Source: a virus
Lineage: Duplodnaviria; Caudoviricetes
Length of the DNA: 64,000 nt
Reading direction: 5' to 3' (one strand)
IMG/VR virus record: IMGVR_UViG_3300023435_000009
A model generated the notes under the pieces. That model was given only the letters and a program-made list of their open reading frames with translations. It did not search any database and was not told the origin of the DNA. The translations under genes and the position numbers were made by a program. This document shows positions 10,271 to 20,700 of the stretch, in pieces (position 1 is the first letter of the stretch; every line of letters begins with the position of its first letter).

Positions 10271-13200
10271 ATGAGCACAAATAACATCCCCCTTGATCCC
10301 TGGCAGGAACCATTGGCCAACCTGACCACCGTTCCGGCCACCAAGGTTCTGGAAGCCTCTGAGATTCTTCAGGGGTTCATTGGTTCCTGGGCCGGATCCT
10401 ACGCTTTCGATACGGGTACTTCTGGGGACATCTCGTCCGCTGACATAAGTACCCCTAACCCCCGGCGGATCAAAAAGTCCAAGATTGGGGATCCGGGACA
10501 CCCCGAGATCAACTTCGCTCCTTACAACTTCCGCACGAATAGGTTCGGACCGAAGGGTGGATCCCTGATTGGACATCCCATCTCGTTTGAGCCGGTGGGT
10601 CCGACGCTCAAGGCGCCTGATTCAGACTCCTACTACTGGGTTCTCCAGCAGGGCACAGGGACTACGGGGGATACGTTTACGCTCGCCGGTGGTAGCTTCA
10701 CGGCGATGCTAGACATTTTTGGGATTGACATCCTTGACCGTTTTCCGGGGGGGCTCTACGTTTTCATTAACCAGACGGGCGACGAAGGACCCTTTACTGG
10801 CGGCGGTGTGGGTGATGGGAACAGCATGGTCCCGGACCTGACTCCGAACAGTGCCTCCAGCAAAGGTGAAATCTTCCGAGTAGTTGCCGTCCGTGCTTCT
10901 GAGCTGACACTGGACTACACCAAGCGTGTTGGCACCTACTTTACGGCAGCGGCTAATCCCTGTTCCGTGCGGGGGGTTACGATTGTTCAGCCCCGTGCGA
11001 CTCGCATGACAGCTATCCCTGAGCCGGGCGTGGCTAAAGGACATGAAAAGACTTTTGCCGTTGTGTCGCCCGTTAGGGCGCTCAACACGGACGAGCAGTA
11101 TCCCTATAAGGACTGGCTGGCAGGGTTCACAGAGTACTGGCTGGCTAACGGTGGTTCTACCATGCCGGTGGGGCTTCCCTTTGACTACCGCAACAAGCCC
11201 TCCCTGCCCGTCCCCCGTCCGAAGGGGCACACGGCAGCACGTCTGTACGGGGGTGTCCCTGTCGTACTCCAGGCGGGGTGGATGAGGTTGTTGGAGGCCG
11301 CTGCTGAGTTGGTTGTTGGGGACATCATCAGGGTGTTCGACATCAAGATCGTCGGGAATGCCGGGCTGACAACCAACGTGGCCACCGGGAAGAGGGCTTC
11401 GTTGGACGTCCTCCTGGGATGGTTCGAGGTGATGGCGACTCCCGGTGGTGGTGAGACCTGGGTCCGCCGGATGGAAGAGTGTAATCCCACCACGGGTGCC
11501 ACCTTCTTTGGCACCCCCGAACTCCTCACCCAGGAAATTGCGGTCACACCAACTGACTACATAGAACTGGTCTGCACGGTACACAGTCCGGTCACCACGC
11601 TTTGGAACAATGCCGTGACTGGCAACTATTTCGACGTTGACGCCGTGGATTCCGCTCGGTTGACCAACATCATCAACCCGGACTGGGTTGAGAGTACGAT
11701 GAAGTCCATGGGTGTCGAAGACGCTGGGATCAACCCTGGCCGAGCCGACCGTGCGGTCTTCGACACGAAAGGGCCGGGTACTCCTGGGAACAATGTCAAT
11801 CCTGGCAATTTGTTGGACCTGGGCTTCCGCATGGTCTTGTTCCCGGCGATGGAACACCTTGTGGATGACCCGGCGGGCGCTCCACTGTCCCTGAGTGTTA
11901 CTGGTCCAGACTGGAGCCGTCCTATCACATCCAACGAGGTGGTGCTCGATCCTTCGAAGCTGGATGAGAAGCAGTTCATCACGGTAGACTATTCTAACGG
12001 ACTGGTGCGGCTGTCCCATGCCCCACAGACGGGTTCAGATCTCGACGCTACCAGTTACGGTGCTGATAATCCCAGAGAAGAGTTGGTTCTGTTTGCCTGC
12101 TGCGTACCCTACTCGATGGAGGAGGGTCAGCTTGGCAGCGGTGTGCGTGTCACAGGCTCCGATGCCCTGCCTGTCACAGGCGCTTGTGTTGCTGACCCCA
12201 CGGGGTCTCCTGAGCACGCTGATGTGTACAGTAATCGTTTTTTTGCGGCCCTCTCTACTCAGGTGATTAACAGTAGCCGGGGCGCAGGAACGACAATCAC
12301 ACTACAAGGTTGGGTTGCCGATCAGATCCCTCCCGGTGGTTTCGTAGAACTGGTTTGGGGTGAGACGCCCTATGGTGACCCACTGTTCAGTGTGGGAGTT
12401 TCAGGCTTGAGAGGTTCCATTTTCGGTTATGCAGGAGTGGTTGAAGCTGTTGTAGGTCCCGACAATGTCACGAACTTGACGGGTTGCTACGGCGGGGGGA
12501 TTCTAGCTACGGCTGCTACAGTGGACTCGACGCACCCCGCTAGTGCCGTGTTCAGGCGAGAGTTCCTGACACCCCAGACCGCCACGGGCACCATAGGGGT
12601 GGAGTACCAGTACGACACGACCTACGGGTCTGCCAAGCGGGCCAACGCCCTCCGGTTCGAGTACTCGGGAACGAGGGTCAACACCGATGGGTCTGTCTCG
12701 GTCATCGACCAGAATCCCACGACGGGAGACCAAACTCATCTGTTCGATGACTTGTTCAGTTCTTGGCTGATCCGAGATGGGGCACTGACAACCAACATTG
12801 TAGGGGCAGACATCACCTGTACCGTGGCACCAGCCACGATCATCAAAGAGGGTGTGCGTCAGAGTCCTCCTGCTTTGTCTATGATGATCACTCCAGTAGG
12901 GCTTGGTGTTCACTACCTGTACTACACGTCGCTGCCTGGTGACTGTGTGACCCTGGCTGTGGCCACGACTCTTCCGCTGCCCTCTCCCGAGGACATCCTG
13001 TTGTGGAAGGTTGAGGTGTTGGGCATTGGTCCCATTACCATTACCACAACAGACCTCAGGGCACCCCTCCAGGATGTGGACAAACGGGTCGACCTCTATG
13101 TGGGAGAGAGGGCTCCCCTGGGAGAGGCTGGAGATTGGTTGGCCTACCGCCCGAACTTCGCCACCTTGAGCGAGGCCATCGGCTACGCCAACGAGATCGG

Positions 13201-15571
13201 CAACCCTGATGGGGGCGAGGGTGTGGCACAGATCAGGATCTTCGTGGTGGGTCCGACCTGGGAACAGGACGGAACGTACCCCATCCAGATCAAAACCGAT
13301 GGTATCATCATTGAGTCGGCAGCGAAAGAATCGACAGCCATACCATACACAGAGATTTGTTGGGGGGATGAAGCAGCAGCGACCGCCCGTGAGCCGCTTC
13401 TGGATCTTAACGGGCATTCCAACATCGTGATCCGGGGGGTGGCCTTCCGGTATCTGTGGCAAGGAGGGGCACTCCCGACCGATGCTGACCCTCTGGGAGC
13501 CTTCGTCCTGACCAACAAGGCGGCAGGATCCACCTGTACCAACATCACGTTGGAGAACTGTCGCTTGGCCGAGGGGGATGGGTTCTTCACGGTGAATTTA
13601 GGCGACTGCGTCAACCTTCAGATCAAGAAGAACGTCGGTCTGACCCTGTACACATCCGGTGTCCATGTCCGGTTGGCTTCGGGACTCAAGCAGTGTGTGA
13701 TTAAGGATAACACCTTCTGGGGGATTGCCGCTCAGTCAGGATGGCCCCTGGCGGACGTTACCTCGGGCATCCAAATCGAAGGGATCGGTCCGGTGCTCTC
13801 AGCGGGTCGGGATATCACAATCGACCGGAATGACATCCGTCGTTTCAACCATGGCATTTTTGCCAGTGCCTCAGGCTCTGGGATTGCCACCCCCTCATCG
13901 GACATTGGGGGGATCAACGTCAGGCACAACCGGATCTGGGACACAAGGGGTCCGGGCGCTTTGATTATAGGTCTGGTCGGGGAGGTGGCCTACAACTTCC
14001 TCTACAACGTCCACCTGGACATCCCCCCCGTGACAGTACCGAGAACGTGGCGAGCCGGGATGAAGATTTCGACCCTATTGGTCAACTACTCGATGCAGGG
14101 TTTCGAGGTGATGGGCAATAGCATCTACATGGCCTCGGACTTTGACACGGCGATCCCTGGGGCTGCCCTGTATGTGACGACCGAGATGGCCGTGACTAAG
14201 GCTGCACCCGGAATCATCCGTAGGAATGACTCCCATGTGGTGGGGGCGGTGGGTATTCATATAGCACCTGTTTCTGTCCTTGCAGGTACGGGTTGTGTTC
14301 TGGAAAGTCACTCGGACAACTGGATCGTGGTAGGGCAAGGGAATAGCATTGTTCACAACTCGATGCCCCGTATCTTCGTCAACTATGACCATTACGGGTG
14401 GTTCGTTGAGACGACCTACACACCAGAGACTTTCATCGACATCTACGAGTCGAACTACGTTGCCCACAACACGTTCGAATTTACCGTTTCCCCAGATGGG
14501 ACGTTAACGGTGTTTGGTGTGAAGACTGTGTTGGAAGGGAACCGGATCGAAGGGACGGGGACACTTGGCATCGGTTGTTATGTGAATGACGACTGCCGCT
14601 TGGTAGACAACTACATCGAGCACCTGAAGACACCCTATTTCTGGCCTGATCCTGTTACGCCTACTTTACGTAAAGCAAATGATTTGCTGATGATGGGTAA
14701 CACTGTCATCCACGTAGGGGAGGATGTCGCAGGAACAGAGGATGGTGGTTTGTTTGGAAAGGCTCAAGTCTGGGAATCCAACATAATCAGGGCAACGGGC
14801 CTGGCTTTATCCGAGGCCCAAGTCCTTTTTACGGGCAACAGATTTGATGCTACCTCCAGTGTTACCCTTTTGGTGGGCGAAACAGCCGTTGTCAACAGTA
14901 ATGAGTTTCTTTCTGTCGGGGACATAATTGTTACGGTAACCTCCGGTACCATTGTGGGTAACGTTGTTCAGTCCTTTAATGGTGATGTCACTGTCCTCTG
15001 TGGTACGGATGACAGTGCCACCGTAGTAGGCGACAATAAGGTAAGTACTGTAAAGTCTGGGGGAGCCGCAAGTCTTGAGGTGCAGGGTACCTTGTGTACT
15101 GTGTCAGGAAACAGGGTTAGCCATCTTCTCGTGTCAGCAGAAAGGACCACTGTTCAGGGAAACAACGTAGGACCAACTATTGATCCCTATTACGCCTTGG
15201 ATATTGGCGGCACGAAATGTACCGTGACAGGTAACTATGTAATGGGAACGTTGCGGGTAATTTGGAATAACGCAACCCCTATTATTGATGACGTGACCAT
15301 CCAGGGGAACAGGGTAGAAACGAGCGGGGCGGGGGACATCCGCATCGAGTGTAATTCCAACCTTACCATTTACCCTAATTTCCTGGTACTGGGTAACTGG
15401 GTTGAGAATGACATTGTTCTTTACGATGTGTTTGCGTTCGCCTCAGTGGCTCCTCCGGGGACAGTTCACTATGTGTGTCAGGGGAATAGGGCAACGAACG
15501 TGCTGACACTGAATCCGAACCCCACACAGTACCCAATTCCCGCTCTGGTGGATGACTACAATATTGATTAG
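10271..15571 (+). CDS. Giant tail fibre/tailspike-like protein with C-terminal right-handed parallel beta-helix
   Basis: 1766 aa. From about aa 980 there are repeated I.DN/V.GN/I.GN turns (NIVIRGVAF, NITLENC, IKDNTF, IDRNDI, VRHNRI, TVSGNRV, TVTGNYV) typical of pectate-lyase-like beta-helices. Confidence 0.7.
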   Translation: MSTNNIPLDPWQEPLANLTTVPATKVLEASEILQGFIGSWAGSYAFDTGTSGDISSADISTPNPRRIKKSKIGDPGHPEINFAPYNFRTNRFGPKGGSLIGHPISFEPVGPTLKAPDSDSYYWVLQQGTGTTGDTFTLAGGSFTAMLDIFGIDILDRFPGGLYVFINQTGDEGPFTGGGVGDGNSMVPDLTPNSASSKGEIFRVVAVRASELTLDYTKRVGTYFTAAANPCSVRGVTIVQPRATRMTAIPEPGVAKGHEKTFAVVSPVRALNTDEQYPYKDWLAGFTEYWLANGGSTMPVGLPFDYRNKPSLPVPRPKGHTAARLYGGVPVVLQAGWMRLLEAAAELVVGDIIRVFDIKIVGNAGLTTNVATGKRASLDVLLGWFEVMATPGGGETWVRRMEECNPTTGATFFGTPELLTQEIAVTPTDYIELVCTVHSPVTTLWNNAVTGNYFDVDAVDSARLTNIINPDWVESTMKSMGVEDAGINPGRADRAVFDTKGPGTPGNNVNPGNLLDLGFRMVLFPAMEHLVDDPAGAPLSLSVTGPDWSRPITSNEVVLDPSKLDEKQFITVDYSNGLVRLSHAPQTGSDLDATSYGADNPREELVLFACCVPYSMEEGQLGSGVRVTGSDALPVTGACVADPTGSPEHADVYSNRFFAALSTQVINSSRGAGTTITLQGWVADQIPPGGFVELVWGETPYGDPLFSVGVSGLRGSIFGYAGVVEAVVGPDNVTNLTGCYGGGILATAATVDSTHPASAVFRREFLTPQTATGTIGVEYQYDTTYGSAKRANALRFEYSGTRVNTDGSVSVIDQNPTTGDQTHLFDDLFSSWLIRDGALTTNIVGADITCTVAPATIIKEGVRQSPPALSMMITPVGLGVHYLYYTSLPGDCVTLAVATTLPLPSPEDILLWKVEVLGIGPITITTTDLRAPLQDVDKRVDLYVGERAPLGEAGDWLAYRPNFATLSEAIGYANEIGNPDGGEGVAQIRIFVVGPTWEQDGTYPIQIKTDGIIIESAAKESTAIPYTEICWGDEAAATAREPLLDLNGHSNIVIRGVAFRYLWQGGALPTDADPLGAFVLTNKAAGSTCTNITLENCRLAEGDGFFTVNLGDCVNLQIKKNVGLTLYTSGVHVRLASGLKQCVIKDNTFWGIAAQSGWPLADVTSGIQIEGIGPVLSAGRDITIDRNDIRRFNHGIFASASGSGIATPSSDIGGINVRHNRIWDTRGPGALIIGLVGEVAYNFLYNVHLDIPPVTVPRTWRAGMKISTLLVNYSMQGFEVMGNSIYMASDFDTAIPGAALYVTTEMAVTKAAPGIIRRNDSHVVGAVGIHIAPVSVLAGTGCVLESHSDNWIVVGQGNSIVHNSMPRIFVNYDHYGWFVETTYTPETFIDIYESNYVAHNTFEFTVSPDGTLTVFGVKTVLEGNRIEGTGTLGIGCYVNDDCRLVDNYIEHLKTPYFWPDPVTPTLRKANDLLMMGNTVIHVGEDVAGTEDGGLFGKAQVWESNIIRATGLALSEAQVLFTGNRFDATSSVTLLVGETAVVNSNEFLSVGDIIVTVTSGTIVGNVVQSFNGDVTVLCGTDDSATVVGDNKVSTVKSGGAASLEVQGTLCTVSGNRVSHLLVSAERTTVQGNNVGPTIDPYYALDIGGTKCTVTGNYVMGTLRVIWNNATPIIDDVTIQGNRVETSGAGDIRIECNSNLTIYPNFLVLGNWVENDIVLYDVFAFASVAPPGTVHYVCQGNRATNVLTLNPNPTQYPIPALVDDYNID

Positions 15572-15580
15572 AGGTGACCG

Positions 15581-16372
15581 ATGAGGGTACTCGTAGATCT
15601 TGGCAGCCACGTTGGAGGCGTCCCCGCTATCACACAGGTGGAGCGGGTTCCTGACGCTGGCGTTGGCGTGCCCATCAACGGGAAGTACGTCCTGCCCATC
15701 TTCCCAGGTGCGGAGTTCCCGATCACGGCGGACTCCTATGTGTTGGACGGGGGCGGAGACGTTGACGGTGAGGATGTTTCCAGCATCTCTTTCGCTCATC
15801 TTCTTGCGGCATATCCGCAGTTCGGGAACATCTACTTCAACCCGCTCCTTACGGCAGCCAACGTAGGGGAACTGGACCCGACCCTGGCGTTCCATGATCC
15901 CATCCTCGGTGTGGATGTCACCCCCAGATATCAGTCAGGACGAGGTCCTGGGCTCAATGATGGGCAGATGCCTACACACACGGCGCTCCTCGGGCAAAAC
16001 TTCCTTACGACCCCCGTCCGTCCTGGCCTCCTGATCTCGGACAACATCGACATCAGCCCCTATGCGGCGGCTGGTGCTGATGAGTTCATGGTCTACTGGA
16101 AGATTTTGGAGTTCAGCGTCACCGAGGACATCTGTGCTGATTTCGGTGTGTTGGCGGGACAGAACACTCCTGCCATCCGTACCGTAGAGGAAACAGACCA
16201 GGAACCGACCGGGTTATCCTTTTATATTTCCCCAGATAATGGAATGCACTGGTGTGAAACAGGATTTTTGGAACCAGTGGCCTTCTGTGCGAAGACGACC
16301 GCTTTCCGGGTTGCCTTCCGCAGTTCCTCACTGGACAAGATTTACCTGGCGCACTTTGCAGTGCTGTTCTAA
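15581..16372 (+). CDS. Putative structural protein
   Basis: 263 aa, GAGG RBS, directly downstream of the tailspike-like gene. Confidence 0.5.
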   Translation: MRVLVDLGSHVGGVPAITQVERVPDAGVGVPINGKYVLPIFPGAEFPITADSYVLDGGGDVDGEDVSSISFAHLLAAYPQFGNIYFNPLLTAANVGELDPTLAFHDPILGVDVTPRYQSGRGPGLNDGQMPTHTALLGQNFLTTPVRPGLLISDNIDISPYAAAGADEFMVYWKILEFSVTEDICADFGVLAGQNTPAIRTVEETDQEPTGLSFYISPDNGMHWCETGFLEPVAFCAKTTAFRVAFRSSSLDKIYLAHFAVLF

Positions 16373-16382
16373 GGAGATAGAG

Positions 16383-16658
16383 ATGCGGATCACAATGGAC
16401 GACCTGGCCAACAGCACGAACCTGATCAGGGTTCTAGATGCTGAAGGTAACCAGATGGGCTGCTTGCACTGGGTGAACCTCGTAACCCATGAGTGCGGAC
16501 AGGCTGTTTTGGGGGAGCCCCAGTTGATCCAGGCAGGAACGTCTGAGTTTCCTGTGTCCACTAATGAGCGCCGGGTCCTGACCAATCCCGATGGTACTGT
16601 GAAGACGCAGGTCGTGAAGTACAGTCGGATCGAGATTACCGCCCGACAGGCACAGTAG
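16383..16658 (+). CDS. Hypothetical protein (91 aa)
   Basis: AAGGAG RBS before ATG 16383 (MRITMDDL...). Confidence 0.6.
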   Translation: MRITMDDLANSTNLIRVLDAEGNQMGCLHWVNLVTHECGQAVLGEPQLIQAGTSEFPVSTNERRVLTNPDGTVKTQVVKYSRIEITARQAQ

Positions 16659-16667
16659 GGGTAGTGC

Positions 16668-17705
16668 ATGACTCAGGCATCCACAGTTCAGACACTGCAC
16701 AAATGTTCCAAATGCGGGGGGTCCGGTGAGTGCCGTCCGGGGTTTCAGCATTGCCGAGACTGTGAACGGAAATACGGACGTGAACGGTATCAAAAGCAGA
16801 AGGCTAGATGGGCAAAGTACAGGGAGGAGAATAGGGAGCACTACCGGGCACTGAACCTTGTGATCTCACGCAGGCGAAAAGCTGAGAGGCAGCAGGAGAT
16901 TGATCGTTTGAAGAGTGTTCCCTGTAAGGATTGTGGTATGAGTTACCCTCCTTATGTGATGGATTTTGATCATCTGGATCCAAGCACAAAGTTGTGGAAC
17001 ATCAACCATCTCATACACAAAACGGCTGCTCCTTGGAGCAGGCTTTTGACTGAAATCAACAAGTGTGACGTGGTTTGTGTGCGTTGCCACAGACTAAGAA
17101 CTTGGCACCCTCCCAAGCAGAGTAGCACACGCACCAGGTTGGTTCAGTCGTTGAAGGCTGTCCCTTGTATTGACTGTGGGGATACATTCCACTACAGCCA
17201 GATGGACTTTGACCATGTCCGTGGGAAAAAGCTGTGCTGTGTTCCACATGCCGGTTCAAAGGCAGCCATTCGGACAGAGGCTGCCAAGTGCGACGTGGTT
17301 TGTGCCAACTGTCACCGGGAACGGACACAGCGGAAACTGATTAACCCCAGGCGGAACAACACGGGTTTGGAACTGAGATGGCAACGAAAAACGACGGGGC
17401 CACAAACGCTATTTGCTCCTGCCCCTCCTGTGCCGGAACGGCATAGAAGTTGGCATGCTCTGGTTGGTACAATGTCTGACGTAGCAGTAGCTAAAGAAGG
17501 GGGTGTGACCCCTGCTGCAGTTTGTGTTTACAGGAAAAAGATCGGGGTGCCCGTTTTTTGTCTGGACATTGCCCAACGGTATCCATGGCATCCCCTTGCA
17601 GGTACGGTGTCTGATGGGGTGCTTGCCTCACAATGGGGCCTGACAAGAAAAACTGTTGGGAGACACCGGCAATTATACGGACTTCCCGTTTATCGGAGGA
17701 AATAG
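16668..17705 (+). CDS. HNH homing endonuclease with two tandem HNH/Zn domains and two C-terminal HTH-like repeats
   Basis: CKDCG...MDFDH...KCDVVCVRCHRLRT and CIDCG...MDFDH...KCDVVCANCHRERT. C-terminal repeats LVGTMSDVAVAKEGGVTPAAVCVYRKKIG and LAGTVSDGVLASQWGLTRKTVGRHRQLYG. Confidence 0.8.
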   Translation: MTQASTVQTLHKCSKCGGSGECRPGFQHCRDCERKYGRERYQKQKARWAKYREENREHYRALNLVISRRRKAERQQEIDRLKSVPCKDCGMSYPPYVMDFDHLDPSTKLWNINHLIHKTAAPWSRLLTEINKCDVVCVRCHRLRTWHPPKQSSTRTRLVQSLKAVPCIDCGDTFHYSQMDFDHVRGKKLCCVPHAGSKAAIRTEAAKCDVVCANCHRERTQRKLINPRRNNTGLELRWQRKTTGPQTLFAPAPPVPERHRSWHALVGTMSDVAVAKEGGVTPAAVCVYRKKIGVPVFCLDIAQRYPWHPLAGTVSDGVLASQWGLTRKTVGRHRQLYGLPVYRRK

Positions 17706-17706
17706 A

Positions 17707-20700
17707 ATGGCTAATAAGGACTATGGCAGCGGGGTTTCCCGGACACTGGATGCTTACAGGCGGCAGTTCCGGCATGTCGTTTGGCAGAAAGGTCGCCCCC
17801 CACTCGATTCTGAGTTATCGCTTCAGGACGACATTTCCTCCGAGATGTCTAAGGAACTTGTCAGCACGATGCTCCCTTCTGGGTTTTTCATGGACCCGAC
17901 CAGGACTGTGCAGGACTACCAGACGGATCCCCTGTGGGCAAACCAGATTAAGCTGGGCAACCCTCGGGTACCCTTTGGTTCCGGCGAGGCTGCGGAGCAG
18001 GATCCGGTTCTGTGGGCGAACGTCAATGGCTGGGTCATTCCTGTTTGTGGGTCCACCACGGTCGAGGGTGACCTTGCCAACATCATCAAGTTGTATCCGC
18101 CGCCCGAAAGTGACACACGGATAGACTTCATTTTCCTTGAGGCATGGGCCACTCGGGTAGACGCCAACCCTTCCACGGTGAACAAGCCATCCGCTTCTAC
18201 CATCTGGAAGTTCGGAAACACCAAGTACGGCGGCACCAATCTGGCTGACGATCTTGAGGATCCCACCATCGGTTACGAAACCACGGCTCGGGTCCAGATC
18301 CAGTACAGGCTCAGGGTTCACGGACAGGGCACCGGCCTCGGGGCTTCGGTGGCACTGGACGTTTATCCCGAGGGTTTGGATGACCCCAACGTGCTCGGAC
18401 AGGGCACGGCAGCCCTTCCGGTCGGTGGTGACAACTTCGTCAATATGCGTGAGGCGCTGGGTGACCCCAGCCTCTGGCGTGCAGGTTCAGGGGATCCTAA
18501 CAACTCTCTCGGCACGATCGATGGCTACACCTATGCTGTCCCGGTCTGTGCCATCTTCCGCCGTTGCTCCAACGTCTATATGGCGGTCAACACGGCAGGT
18601 AATCCGAACCACAACGGTGCGTTCAACAGGACGCCCAGCAGCAAGTTCCTCCCGGACCCCCTCTTGGGAGCACGAGTGCTGTTGCAGGCAACCCTCACCA
18701 ACGACCTGTCCCCGACTGACGCTTTGGACCCCGCCGGGGCCGATGCGATGGTGAACGTCACGAACTTGAACGGTTGTGGCTTGGAGGACACGCACCACGT
18801 CCTTACCAGCGTCTTCCTGGTGCTGGAGAACGAGATCGTTGGGATTAGCGCACTGGACCTTGTAGCCGGTACGATCACCATCCCTGCCGGTGGTAGGGGT
18901 CGGTACGGAACGGCGGCTGTGGGGCACGCAGCGGCCACTGAGGTAGGGTTTTTCAACACCCGCCCGGATGGGTTGTACTCGGACCAGGTCGCTGCCCAGG
19001 ACATTATGGACATGCGCCATGCTGTCAATCCCAACGACTGGGACTTTGGCAGGCTCCTGGAGCACAACGTCGCTGCACTCCTCAAGGGAGACTTGCACGC
19101 CACCTGGAAACACGCTGCGGCAGGCAACACCCAGGGGCCTGAAACCCACGAGATCACCTACCTCTATGGGGACGGTTCCATTGCTGTTCCGAACCACACT
19201 GAGGCTGCGGATGGCCCGGACGGGATCCGTACCATCTGGTCGGACGCAGCGACCATCCAGCCGGACGTGACGGTCCTTCTGAATAACGAGGCGATCCAGG
19301 ACGGCGGGAACGTCGGACTGACCAACGCCAACACCTTCACCTCCGGGGCGGGTTTCGCCTGGGACGTGGGAGCCGGGTTCTACCCCAGTGGCTTCATGAA
19401 TGTGTTCGGACAGCCTGCGACCGATGTCTTCTGTAACGGCACCACCCTCTTGCTCTTTACAGGTGGACTGGCCGGATCGGGAGGTGCTCGGGCAACCTTC
19501 AGGGACGGGGACACCAGGGCTGTGCGGGCCGTGACCCCCAAGGAGTACTGGAAGTCAGGGTACCCCATTGTGGACCCGGCCAACGGCAATCAGCACCCAG
19601 TCACGTTGCGTTTCCTGGAGGAGCGGGCCAACGAACAGCCTCCGACCGCTCTCAGCAGCGACGCACGGAAGGCTCGTCACGTTGGACCCTTCTCCCCCTA
19701 CCGGGAAACGAACTTCGAGAAGCCCTTCATCGTACTCGGTGGGATGTTGCGCCCGGAGATGCGTATCACGGCGGTGGCCACTGCGGATATGACAACGGTG
19801 GGTACCGTTAGTACCATCGACGTGGGTATCGATTTTGATGCGCTGGGTGATTACTACTCCTTGGACGCTGCTGGAAACATCGCCAACGATCCGACTGCTG
19901 TTTCCAGTCCTCTGCTTCGGGGCAAACGCACTCTCTACGGGATGCTTACGGCGGATGGGACGGACTACTCGGGGTACTCTTCCGAGGTCTACGTTGTCAT
20001 TTATGGTGACAACGCCAGCAACCAGAACAATGGTTGCTGGAAGGTGATTGGTGCTGGAACGGTGCCCTACACGGCGTCCACACCCTCCGCAGCCACCGAG
20101 ATCCGGGTTGTTTCCGTGTGTGCAGAGTTCACGGCGTTCGACAGTGCCACGGGCAACACCGTAACGGTGGAGTTCCGGTCCCAGGAGACCAACGCTGACG
20201 ACGTGTCAAGCTACAACACGAAGGTCGCTGATATGGCCATCGTGCTGACGGACATCGGTGGTCTGACCGAGCATCCGTGGAAGCGGGAGTACCTCGGCCA
20301 CGGCTACAACTACGACATCTCGATGCCGTTCGTAGCGGCTCGTGCAGCGGTCGAGTCACAGCTTCTGATCAGCATGGCGCTGCTCTACCATCCGGGTCGG
20401 GGTGGTATGGTGCGTATCCCAGACGAACTGGTCCGCTTCTCCATGAAGGGGGGCACCACGGACACGAACGGGGCCTACCTCCGGCAGAGCCCTGCATCCC
20501 TTGACACGACCTTCAGTGCGGTGGGGACACCCACGGACGAGACCAACTGGCAACCCAGCCACGTCCAGCTTTGGAACCGTCTGCCGGGTCTCGGTTGGAA
20601 TGCCCCCCTCGCCCCCAACTACGGTGGGGAGGTGATCGGGTACACCGAGCAGGATCGGGAGAACGAACTGTTCTTCGACCGGGGTTCCAAGACCGTCCTG

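Noticed and set aside
10709-12019. Long antisense ORFs (also 12503-13462, 21088-22110, 54965-56236 and others)
   Set aside because: They are shadows of GC3-biased sense genes, with no RBS or recognisable motifs.
488-17705. Group I introns housing the two homing endonucleases
   Set aside because: Flanking genes end and start normally with their own stops and RBSs, and there is no intergenic room for a ribozyme core. The genes appear free-standing.
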